Part shown: piece by piece, positions 52,766-64,000 of the stretch
How the letters are laid out: each line of letters starts with the position of its first letter
Numbering within the stretch: position 1 is the first letter of the stretch
Assembly (NCBI RefSeq): GCF_006345805.1
Contig: NC_043016.1
Location: 23,932,001 to 23,996,000, forward strand
Origin: Octopus sinensis
Lineage: Eukaryota
Direction of reading: 5' to 3'
DNA length: 64,000 nt
Made by a program: the position numbers and the translations under genes
Notes under the pieces: model-generated
Told to the model about the DNA's origin: nothing
Databases searched by the model: none
The model's input: only the letters and a program-made list of their open reading frames with translations

Positions 52766-52800
52766 CTTTGATGTTTCGAGCCTACGCTCTTTGACAGAAG
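52766..52800 (-). ncRNA. Hammerhead-like motif, same family as 45522
   Basis: CUU-CUGUCAA-A-GAGC(GUAG)GCUC-GAAAC-AUC-AAAG; two CpG-type G>A changes. Confidence 0.5.
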
Positions 52801-52829
52801 CACCTTGAATATTGTAGCCACTTCAGTCA

Positions 52830-54420
52830 AGACATCAGTTGTCCATATGGTAAGTTATGCTTTCTGAAGTTCACCGAATTCTTCCATGACTAGATCCAGT
52901 TGGAACAATTCTCAACTGCATCTACCATTCCCTTAAGAGCTTTGCTTCTTCTTTTCCCCAGAAAAGAGATCACAGGCAGATTTGCCCACAAGCCCCCTCA
53001 CTCCCATTGCTATGATGAGGGCTTTGATTTGGTAGCCAGATTTTCTCAATGCTAAACTGACATGCTTCTCAGGTTTGTAGACGTAGGTTTCCTCCATGTT
53101 GTTTACAGTATACTCAGTCATTACTTTGTGTATTTATTAATCTTGGCCTCCATCATTTCCATTGTGTTAATGCCAATGTCATATATTAGCTGTAACCAGA
53201 GAAACTTTGGTATCAGCACGAACTGCAGGCACTAGACTTTGTATTTGCAAGATAGGCCTTATAGACCTATTGCTTGTAAACTCTCTTTTGCCATTTGGTT
53301 GGTTTCATTTCCTCATTTTGTATCTTCAAGTTGTCAAACCATTTTTCATAGATTTGGACTGGTTCTTCCACTGTTGGTGAGCTAGAGTGAACAAAACATA
53401 GCTAATTTCACATCCATAAAGAGTGGTTCTGTGATTTCTTAGGTTTAAATTTCATTCTAGATGAGATAAAACCCTCATTTACTGCTTCAAAATCCTGTGT
53501 TTCATCTTCCTTTGTAGAGAGTACTTTTGTGTGACCCATAGAGGCCCTTGGCATTTGTATCAGATGTGTATCATTCATCACTGCCTTCAGGATGACCTTC
53601 GTTGCCAGCGTGAACACTACTGAAAAAAAAAAAAATGACACAGACCAGTGCTATAGCAACTTCCACATTGATCTAGTTTGTTGTGAAATTTTTTGTGGAG
53701 AATTACACTGAGAACTCATGAAAGTACCTTTTCAACATTTCTTGGATGTTCTTTGGGGCATAGTAAATCTCAAGAGTCAGTTGAATCATCTTGTGTGAGA
53801 CTGATCCATTGCTAGATTGAGCTGCAGGGCATTGAGATCTCTTTTCTCTGTAATGGTTTCTTGCTACATCATTGAGGCATCTGTGCATCCAGACGCTCTT
53901 AAGATGCTTCTTTTCTGGGCTGGCATGTCCAGGTAAATATTACCTGTTAACCACGTCACCATAACAGAGAAGATTTTCCCCTCAACATTCAGAAGTGATA
54001 GTGGTCTGAATGAATTGTTATTATGGGATAACTTTTCTTTGGGAATATACACATTATCAGATACCATCCACTGGTTACTGGTCTTCAGGTACCTTCATGC
54101 TGATGTTAATAATTTTTGGAGTCTTTCATGAGCATCAGAATATTTTATACAGTAGATAGGGAATTTCATTTGGCCTTGGCTTCTGAAATACTTTATGTCA
54201 CAGAATTAGTGGTTTGTTGCTGAACATTTTCTCTGGCATTGCTATCCTCACCAAGCTCTGGATCTCAAATGGTAACTTGCAAAGAGAGTTAGAATAAATT
54301 TTCTTGAGAAACTTTTCAGGAGTTACTTTAACCACAGTGGATATCCTAAACATTGACTGCTTGAAGTTTCCTCGTAAACTAGAAGCTATCTTCTCCCACT
54401 TTTTTGAGGTCTCTGCCTCT
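52830..54420 (-). mobile_element. Hero/R2-like non-LTR relic (RT and restriction-like endonuclease)
   Basis: YIPKEK...FRPLSLLNVEGKIF; GSVSHKMIQLTLE.YY.P; MEETYVYK...RKSGYQ...MGVRGLVGKS. Confidence 0.75.
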
Positions 54421-54484
54421 TGCTTCCAAGTCTATCTAGAGTTTCTCTAGCCCTTGAATCAAAAATTCTGATGTGGTCTTCATC

Positions 54485-54768
54485 TACATTATTTACATTT
54501 AACAAATATTTGTCCTCATCTTGTTTGTTGTTAACACAACGTTTTGGCTGATATACCCTCCAGCCTTCATCAGGTGCCTTGGAGAAATTTCTCATTCCTA
54601 AGGTATTTTTCAATGTTATTATTATTATTTAGGTCACTGCTTGGAATTGAACTTGGAATCTTAGGGTTAGTAGCCCACGCTCTTAACCACTATGCCATAT
54701 GCCTATGGGCATATCCGTCAAATGTAAATAATGTACATAATTCCTCATCTCTTAAATATAGAACTGTA
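54485..54768 (-). mobile_element. Composite non-autonomous element: tRNA-like head, (AAT)n, hammerhead, inverted termini
   Basis: A box TGGCATAGTGG, B box GTTCAATTCC, anticodon loop CT-ACT-AA; 25-bp inverted repeats at 54485-54509 and 54711-54735 (22/25). Confidence 0.8.
54535..54576 (-). ncRNA. Type I minimal hammerhead ribozyme, one substitution (G12A) from consensus
   Basis: CAC-CUGAUGA-A-GGCUG(GAGGGUAUAU)CAGCC-AAAAC-GUU-GUG. Confidence 0.8.
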
Positions 54769-55683
54769 TGGTCTTCATCTGTTTCTTCAGATCACTTTTC
54801 TAACTCCAGATGTTATCCATCTTTTATTGATGCTTTGGGTTCATCATCATCATCATCATCATTATTTAAAGCCTGCTTTCCATGCTGGCATGGGTTGGAC
54901 GGTTTGACAGAGGCTGGCTAGGTAGGAGACTGCACTAGGCTTCATTGTGTGTTTTGGCAGGGTTTTTACAGCTGGATGCTCTTCCTAACACCAACTACCT
55001 CTCAGAGTGGACTGAGTGCTTTTTACATGGCACCAGCACCATCTTACATGGCAATACATACATATATGCTCAAGAAGACCCATACTCCACAGCAAAAGAC
55101 TGATCCTTCTGGTTGCATAAAACACTCATGGCAGTGCCACATAAAAGCATCCATGCAATGTCACATAAAAGTGCTCATGTGGCAACATGTAAAAACACTC
55201 ATGTGGTGCTACATAAAAGCATCTAACATTCTGTAAAGCTTTTATATGGAACTGCACAGCCTCTTTTACATGTTGCTGCATGAGCACATTCTGTTGAAAC
55301 CAAGCCAAATCAGACAAGAGTCTAGTGTAGACCCCTAGCTTGCCAGCTCTGGTCACACCGTCCAACTCAAGCCAGCAGGGACAACAGATGTTAAATGATG
55401 ATGATGATATAAAGAAAGAACACAAATGGGTTAAGTTCACTACAGCTGTTTCAGATGTGTTTTTATTGATGAATAAACTGATTACATAATGAAAAAAATT
55501 GTTTTCTTCAGGTGAACTGAAAACTTAGTATTTTAAAATTTAAAATTTGGCTTGGAGAATACCATGATGCAGAACATATGTTGACCCTCTCATTGTGGAA
55601 ACAAGTGAGACAGTGACTCCAATATCAACATATCATCCAAAAATTATAAACCTGTCAACAACCTATCAACTTTTCAGCCTGCA

Positions 55684-55685
55684 TG

Positions 55686-55716
<31 letters not shown>

Positions 55717-56205
55717 TTAACGTCCGCTTTCCATGCTAGCATGGGTTGGACGGTTCAACTGGGGTCTGGGGAGCCCGAAGGCTGCACCAGGCCAGTCAGA
55801 TCTGGCAGTGTTTCTACAGCTGGATGCCCTTCCTAACACCAACCACTCCGAGAGTGTAGTGGGTGATTTTATGTGCCACCAACACAGGTACCAGATGAGG
55901 CTGGTGAACGGCCACGCTCGGATGGTTTTTTTATGTGCCATCAACACAGGTGCCAGACGAGGCTGGCAGACGGCCGCGCTCGGATGGTGTTTTTTATGTG
56001 CCACCGACACAGGTGCCAGACGAGGCTGGCGAACGGCCACGATCGGATGGTGTTTGTTACATGCCCACAGCACGGAGGCCAGTCGATGCGGTACTGGCTA
56101 CGGCCACGTTCGGATGGTTTTCTTGTGTGCCACCGGCACTGGTACCACAAAGATACAAATTGCATTGATGTTCATCTATTTTGATTTGTTTTGATTTGAT
56201 TTGTC
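55684..56205 (-). mobile_element. Young RTE 3' UTR with about 4.5 tandem units of about 62 bp
   Basis: ATGTGCCACC..CACAGGTGCCAGACGAGGCTGG..ACGGCCACG.TCGGATGG repeats; CpGs intact. Confidence 0.88.
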
Positions 56206-56414
56206 TGTATAATTTCATAGACATGTATATTTACATGAATATGTATATTAATTTGTTCATATGTATGTGTATGTAAGTGTTCAGACATGTCCATGTATGC
56301 ATTGCTGTATGTGTGAAAGTCTGTATTTTGTATAGACACAGCTGCGCAAATCTCAACTGTAAATTGGTGTATTTAAAAAAAAAAACACACTGATTCCAAT
56401 GAATCCTACACACA

Positions 56415-56451
<37 letters not shown>

Positions 56452-56675
56452 ACTGTGGTCTATACATTTGACAACAAATTCTTCAAGGTAGTACCCCAGC
56501 ATGCCCACAGTCTAATGACTGAAACAAGTAAAAAGATAAAAAACAAAATAGATATATATATATAAATATGTGTAGTATATATATATATATGTGTGTGTGT
56601 ATTTATATGTGTGTATATATGTATATGTATATATGTATGTATTTATGTATATATATATATGTATATATATATATA

Positions 56676-56717
<42 letters not shown>

Positions 56718-56915
56718 TATATAGAAGGAGCTTCTACAGATATATACAATCCATACGTATACATACACACACATATATATATATGTGTGTATACTTAATT
56801 CAAAACATTTAAACTGTCATATACATTATATATTTATACTTATACATATTTACATATATTTTTATACAAATTATATTTATTTATCTATATACTTTTAATA
56901 CAACAATTATTTTTC

Positions 56916-59590
56916 ACACGTGTATATCTTTCTGAGAAGTTTTCTGATGGTCTACGTTCGTTCAAATTTTTTGGTAATTCCTTGTGCCGATTTGAACGAA
57001 TCACAAGAAAATTTTTTCTGTGACGTACGTATGACCATGTCAACACTCCTGCTTGGCGTTGTTTATCGTCCCCCAAATTACCATCAGGACACACAGCTTT
57101 GCAACATCCTCCGAGCTGCAGCCAGGAAAACAGCCACTTATGTGTTTATTGCAGGCGATTTCAATCATCCTGAGATCGATTGGGAAACCTTCCGTTGGCC
57201 ACAGAGTGCAAACGATTTTGTTGAGCTTGTGCTGGACTCAAACTGGTCACAAGTAGTCACCTCTCCAACAAGAGGCGACAACACCTGGGACCTGCTCTTC
57301 ACCACAACTCCTGAAGCGGTTATCAATTGCACTACGGAGGAACCTCTAGGTGACTCTGATCATGCTATGATCCGCCAATCTGGCTCTTGCGGGCAACAAA
57401 CACCTGAACGATCTCCAATCTGCTTCCTTCGATTGGAAGAGAGCAGATTGGAACCTGTACCACACTGAACTACAGCACCCAAACTGGCGTGAATTCTACA
57501 ACTCTGGAGATGTGAATACTATACTCCAGAGTATCCTGGACTCAATATGGGCAGCATGTGCAGCATCAGTGCCACGTAAAAAAAAAGAAGAACAGCCCCA
57601 AAAGGGCAATTGGGAACTTCAGAACTTCGCGGTCCGACTTGCCAGGAAGGAACGTCGGACTGCTGAAAGGAATACAAGTTGCATAAATCAGACACCAACA
57701 GGAAGAAGCGGAATAAATCCTCCAACCATCTCAAGCAAGTGACAAAAAATGCAGTGCTTGAATTTGAACAGTGCATAGCAGCCAATCCTGACAGCAAGGT
57801 TTTCTGGAAATATGTGCATTCAAAGCAGAGACCTCACTCTCCAGTGGGCCCTCTTCGCAACCCTCACATGAACCAGATCACTGACGACCCCAAGGAATGC
57901 GCAGAACTCATTGCCGAGTGCTATGCAAACATATTCACTGTGAAAGTCAAAATGTACCATCTTCACCATCACTAACAGCAAACTCCATAACAACTATGGA
58001 ATTTACACCGCAATGCTGCGACGTCACCTTCAAAATAAGCGCAACTATGCCTCTCCTGGTCTCGATGGAGTTACATACCTGCTTCTCAAACGTGGCAGGC
58101 ACTTCCTTTTACACCAGCTTTCTATTTTCTTCCAGTACTGTCTCAACAATGGTGCTACTCCGGAGCAGTGGAAAACTGCCAGTGTCATTCCTCTGTTCAA
58201 AAAGGGTGACCGCACATCACCTGTCAACTATCGCCCAGTCAGTCTCACTAGCTGTATTGCAAAACTGATGGAATCGTGTGTCAGAGAAACACTCTGGAAC
58301 TTCTGGAGCTCTCACAGTCTCATCCGACCCTCACAATATGGATTTGTCCCTAACTCCAGCTGCAGTGACCAGCTTGTCGAGTTCCTTGAGGACATTACTC
58401 AGATCACTGACAGTGGCTCATGGGTGGATGTTGTCTACCTTGACTTTGCTAAGGCTTTCAACTCTGTGCAACACAAAAGGCTTATGGTGAAACTCTCTGC
58501 AATGGGTGTGGGGGGATGACCTTTTTAACTGGTTGAAATCCTTCATCTCAGCCGAAAGGAGGTAGTCACAGTTCTAGGACAGCACTCTACACCATATGAG
58601 ATGTCATCGGGTGTACCACAGGGATCTGTCCTTGGTCCCCTCCTGTTTGTGGCATACATTAATGACATAGATGCCAATTTAAAGAATGCCACAGTATTGA
58701 AATATGCAGACGACATCAAGCTGTACCTTGAAATCAAGAGGACTGATCCTGATGTCTACAACTCTTTCCTGCAATCATACCTAGACACAATGCAGCAATG
58801 GATCACAGACTGGCAACTGAAACTGGCGTTGTGGACAAGTGTACCACCATGCATTTTGGGAGAAAAAACCCTGCGTCCACATACTCCCTCCACAACACTG
58901 ATATCAAGAAATCCTCTTGCGAGCGTGACCTAGGCATCACTGTCAGCAGTGATTTGCGTTGGACAAAGCATATCTCTAAAATTGTCAAGAAGGCCGAGGG
59001 TGTCTTGCATCACTCAGCAAGACTTTTGTTAGCCGCTCTCCAGCCATCTATTTAAAACTGTATACAGCTATGGTACGACCACACTTGGAATTCGCATCAT
59101 CAGTTTGGAATCCCTATCTTGCTCAGAACATTGACCTCCTGGAATCTGTCCAGAGACGTGCAACCAAACGCATACCCTCCATCAGACACCTACCATATTC
59201 TGAGCGCCTTGTTTCCCTGGGCATGGATTCACTGAAGCTCCGGCGTCTGGCGACGGACTTGGTAAACACCCACAAGGTTATCAACCACCTCACCAACAAC
59301 AACACTGAACACCTTTTTGATCTCCATGTGTCTAACACACGTGGACATGCCTACAAAGTCAGAAAACAGCACAGCTCCCATGACTTTCGGAAACATTTTT
59401 TCACGCTCAGGGTTGCTGAAGCGTGGAATAAACTGCCTGCATCAGTTGTTGACTGCCATGACACTGCATCCTTTAAGGCCCTCATGCTTCCCGAAATCCG
59501 TCGAAACTACACCTGATTATATTACACTTTAGATGAGTTGTAGTGCACCTGAGCACTGTACACAATTATTATTATTATTATTATTATTAT
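56916..59590 (+). mobile_element. CR1-clade LINE ORF2 (APE endonuclease and RT), 5'-truncated, young, (ATT)n tail
   Basis: VYRPPN, AGDFNHPEIDW, SDHAMI, SPGLDG, NYRPVSLTS, QYGF, YLDFAKAF, SGVPQGSVLGPLLF, YADD, RPHLEFASSVWNP. Confidence 0.95.
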
Positions 59591-59609
59591 ATGATTCCTG
59601 ATATTAATA

Positions 59610-59641
<32 letters not shown>

Positions 59642-59889
59642 CTTTTTCGTTTTTATCTTTTTACTTGTTTCAGTCGTTAGACTGTGGCGTGTTGGGGCAC
59701 TGCCTTGAAGAATTTGTAGTCAAATGTATAGACCCCAGTACTTTTTTTTTAAAGCCTGGTACTTATTCTATTGATCTCTTTCACTAACCTCTAAGTTACA
59801 GGAACATAAACACTCCAACACAGGTTGTCCACTGGTAGTGGCAGGGGAGAAACCCAGACACACATACATAGATATATACATGATCATTA

Positions 59890-61575
59890 TGATAATGATG
59901 ATCATCGTTTAATGTCCATCTTCCATGTATGGATGGGTAGGATGGTTGACAGATGTTGACCAGGTAGAAAAACTACCCTAGGCTGCTGTGTTTGCTTTGT
60001 CGGATTTTATGGCTGGATGCCCTTCCTAAGACTAAACTTCACAAAGTGGACTCAGTGCTTTTTACGTGCCACAAGCATGATTTTTACAGCTGAATGCCCT
60101 TCCAAACAGCAACCACTGGCAGGGTAACCAAGTAACTCACAAGAGAAGGAATTATGAGAGGGGCAGAGGCATTATTTGAGAGGGAGGGGAACTTGTGTCA
60201 GAGGATGAAAGAGACAGAGAGTTAGAAGCATATGTCTTGCCACAACAGAAGGGGCATTAGAAGAGGTGATCCAGTATCAGATGATGAAAGCTTAGAGTGT
60301 AACAGAGAAATAGAGACAGAAATAGGTGTCTTGCTATACAGGAAGTACATGATTACCTAGTGAGTGAGAGAGAGAGAGAGAGAAAGAAAGAGGAGCCAGA
60401 AACAAGTGTGCTGATGTAAAGGAGATTCTTGGTTACCTAGTCAGAGGAAAAACAAGAGAAGGGGAGAGAGAGTGAGTGACCAAGGGAAAGAGAGAGAGAG
60501 AGAGACAGTAAGAAACAGCAAAAGTATGAGATCAGAAGAGAGATGGTGTAGTGCTAGGGTATACTCACAAGTAAAAAGAATATGAGCATAGAACCTGGGT
60601 AGAAATAATAAGGAGTATGTGTTGGGGGCGGGGGAGCTGCAATGCAGTAAGCAGGACAGTGAGGGCAAAAGAGGAGATTGGAAAACAATAATAGTTTACG
60701 AAAAGGAAATGTGAAGAAGAGAAAGATGCAGTTAGATGAGAGAAATTGTAGTTCAGTTTCTTAGGGTAGGATGGGTAAAAAGCGTGTTGTTTTTTGGGTG
60801 GGACGCAACACTTCTAGCACTCAGTTTCATGGATGGGTTTTCTCTAGAATCTCGTATCTCCAAACATCTGTCCATGAGCCCCAACATCCAAAGATCAGTC
60901 ATCACCGCTTCATCCCATGTCTTCCTGGGTCTCCCACTTCCACAGGTACCATCCTCTTTCAGCAACAGACACAGCTGTCTTCCCTCATGCACATCACTTG
61001 TCCAAACCAATGCATTCTCTTCTACTGCACTTAATTCCTCTTATGCCTAACTTTTCTCTCAACACAGTTGTGCTTTGTCAGTCATACACACTGATGTTGC
61101 AAATCCAACAGAGCATACAACTTTCATTCTTCTCCAGTCTACACATATCCTCTGCATTCAGAGCCCATGTCTCACTACCATGAAATATAGCTCTTCTCAC
61201 ACAAGCATCATACAATCTACCTTTCACTCTGAGAGAGAGTCCTTTTGCTGCCAACAGAGGTAGTAGTTCTCTGAACTTCCTCTACTCCATTTTTATTCTA
61301 GAAACAATACTTTCAGAGCACCCACCTCCATTACTAATTTGGTCACCTAAATAGCAGAAACTATCAACTACTTCAAGAGAGCCTCCTGGGCATTTGAGGG
61401 AGTTTAAGTCCCTTGTGCTCTTAGCACTTATTGTTCCTGCGCATATGCTACACATGAAAGCTACCTTATCTGATAACTAACCCATGATTCTACTGCATCT
61501 CTTATGTGTTCCTAGCTTACACTTGATGCAGCAATTGAAATTATGTTCCACTCCTTTCCTACATGTTGAAGCACA
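59890..61575 (-). mobile_element. RTE-clade LINE of a second subfamily with a long purine/pyrimidine-skewed 3' UTR
   Basis: Zinc-finger region, then GRPRKTWDEAVMTDL, GA-rich UTR on the plus strand, tail at about 59900. Confidence 0.7.
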
Positions 61576-62190
61576 ACCTTCGAATGTTGGGCCTCATGTG
61601 AGAGATATGTTGTGCTTAAGAAGACCTGGCAAGCCAAGTGAGACTGTAACCGTGGCCTATGCCAGTGCAGCATAACCAGTCCATCTAAGAGTACCCTTCA
61701 ATCATTGGGCAATAAATTGTGCTTGCAAAGACTTGTTGAGTTAAGTGAATTCATTATCGTGGCCGATGGTAGTACTGCCTGATTGGCACCCATACTGGTG
61801 GCACATAAAAAGCACCATTCGAGCATGGTCGATGCCAGTGCTGCCTGACTGGCTCCTGCACCGGTGGCATGTAAAACACACCATTCGAGTGTGATCGTTG
61901 CCAGTGCCGCCTGACTGGCTCCCGTGCTGGTGGCACGTAAAAAGCACTATTCAAGCGTGGTCGATGTCAGTACTGCCTGACTGGTCCTCATGCCAGTGGC
62001 ACGTAAAAAGCACCCTCTACACTCTTGGAGTGGTCGGCGTTAGGAAGGGCATCCAGCTGTAGAAACTGCCAGATTAGATTGGAGCTTGGTGCAGCCTTCT
62101 GGCTCGCCAGCCCTCAGTCAAATCGTCCAACCCATGCCAGCATGGAAAGCGGATGTTAAATGATGACAGTGATGATGATGATGATGACTA
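61565..62190 (+). mobile_element. RTE 3' end with about 66-bp tandem units
   Basis: KHNLRMLGL remnant, three GTGGCACGTAAAAAGCACC units, (GAT)n tail. Confidence 0.88.
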
Positions 62191-62757
62191 AGCACAAGCA
62201 TATCATTATCCATTTACATACATTTCTCACCTACCACATCTCTATTCTCTCTAACACACTGCTTTGTAATTCTGAACACCTCATGCCTCTGATCCTTGTG
62301 CTGTAGAACATTAGCAAACTTCTTACATTCTGCTATTCCTTTTGCTATGTAGACCTGTCGCCTAGCATCCCTTCAGGCTCACTGGTATAATGCTTTGCTT
62401 ACACTGTTTTCCCAGTCCTGTCTCTTTGCTTTTATAACACTGTCCACCTTGTTTCACCACCAAGTCACCTTTGGCCTTTGTATCAGCCCTAGATTTGGTC
62501 AGTGTCACACAGTAAATTGTCCTGCAGGAATTTCCAGTTGTCCTCGGAGCTATATGTCCCTTCCTTCTCCTCTGGGACATATATATATATACATATATGA
62601 TAGGTTCTTTAAGTTTCCATTTACCAAATCCACCCACAAGGCTTTGATCAGCCCAAGGCCATAGTAGAAGATACTTGCCCAAGGTGCCATGCAGTAGGAC
62701 TGAACCCAAAACCATGTGGCTGGAAAGCAAACTTCTTATCACACAGCCACATCTGCA

Positions 62758-62788
<31 letters not shown>

Positions 62789-63004
62789 TTCAACACAAAT
62801 GCTAAACAGTATTATAAAGGATAAAATCCTTTATATATACTGTTCAGTATTTACATGTTGAAAAAAATTTATCTTTCTATTCGTTCCAATGCTTCAAAAA
62901 CAAACTTGTTTGTTTACATATGATGTTATATATACATACATACATATATATATATTGGATGTGTAATGTCAGTGTGTATACTTGACAAAGTGTAGGTACC
63001 TTGA

Positions 63005-63917
63005 GATAAATGTTGGACCTAAGAAGCATCAGATGTGGTGGGCAAGAGAGACAACTGCGCTGGTATGGTCATGTGGTGAGAATGGAGGAGGATGGCTGTG
63101 TGAAAAAGTGCCACACCCTAGTGGTTGAGGGAACCTGTGGAAGAGGTAGACCCAGGAAGACCTGGGATGAAGTGGTGAAGCACGACCTTCAAACATTAGT
63201 CCTCACTAGGGAAATGACTAGCGACTGAGACTTTTGGAAATATGCTGTGCTTGAGAAGACCCGGCAAGCCAAATGAGACCATAACCTCGTGGCCTATGCC
63301 AGAGGTGTAACCTGCCCGCTTATGCATACCATTTTCTTCCTTGAACACTAAACTCTGCTTGCGAAGACCTGTTGAGGCAAGTGAAATCAAAATCACATTT
63401 GATGACTGGCATCCATACTAGCGGGGTGCAAAGAGCACCATACGAGCGTGATTGTTGACAGAGCGGTTAATTAGCTTCTGTGCCAGTGGCACATAAAAGG
63501 CACCATTCGAGTGTGATTGTTACCAGCGACGCCTTACTGACACTTGTGCCCATGCTAGTAGGGTGCCAAGAGCACCATCTCAGCATGATCGTTGCCAGAG
63601 CAGCCGGTGGCATGTAAAAGGGCACCATTTAAGCGTGATCGTTACCAACGTCGCCTTACTGGCACCTGTGCTGGTGGCATTTGTAAAAAGATTCGAGCGA
63701 GGTCGTTGCCAGTACCACCTGACTGGCCCCTGTGCCAGTGGCACGTAAAAAGCACCCACTACACTGTCGGGGTGGTTGGCATTAGAAAGGGCATCAAGCT
63801 CTAGAATCTCTGCCAAATCAAGATTGGAGCCTGGTTCAGCCATCTGGTTCGCCAGCCCTCAATCAAAATCGTCCAACCCATGCTAGCATGGAAAGCGGAT
63901 GTTAAACGATGATGATA
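63005..63917 (+). mobile_element. RTE 3' end
   Basis: RQLRWYGHVVRMEEDGCVKKC...GRGRPRKTWDEVVKHDL; tandem units; GTTAAACGATGATGAT tail. Confidence 0.9.
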
Positions 63918-64000
63918 TATATATATATATATATATAATCATCATCATCATTCAACATCTATTTTCCATGTTGACATGGTTTGACAGGAACTGGTAAGGC

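Noticed and set aside
54630-54703. Functional tRNA genes (also 1375-1472, 25980-26050, 50300-50371)
   Set aside because: No paired acceptor stem; each continues into a repeat body, so they are SINE heads.
55860-56160. CRISPR-like regular repeats
   Set aside because: The units are contiguous with no unique spacers and lie inside eukaryotic LINE 3' UTRs.
60860-62190. Twin-priming 5' inversion in an RTE (minus piece abutting a plus piece at nearly matching breakpoints)
   Set aside because: The minus piece continues into its own different 3' UTR and tail at about 59.9 kb, and the overlapping DL.MLGL segments differ strongly; two subfamilies head to head fit better.

Overview
Animal genomic DNA, AT-rich and dense in microsatellites. 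The repeat families look like those I recall from octopus (inference; I cannot check the species). Most of the window is transposon-derived: at least four tRNA-headed SINE families (the commonest carries an internal (TA/TG)n tract), many RTE-clade LINE pieces, a young CR1-clade LINE, Penelope-like elements (PLEs), Tx1/L1-like and Hero/R2-like relics, two mariners, a Helitron 3' end, several MITEs, three foldback palindromes and a nested solo LTR. I found no host gene I can name. A CpG-retaining zone at about 33-38 kb with two candidate minus-strand exons suggests a promoter inside CpG-depleted flanks. The best lead is a set of minimal hammerhead-ribozyme motifs. One lies in a roughly 280-bp non-coding element at 54.5-54.8 kb that joins a Pol III tRNA-like head, a hammerhead and inverted termini, and may be a PLE-dependent SINE or retrozyme. 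Another family appears to carry a non-canonical CUGUnGA core. Coordinates were counted by hand and repeat boundaries are approximate.
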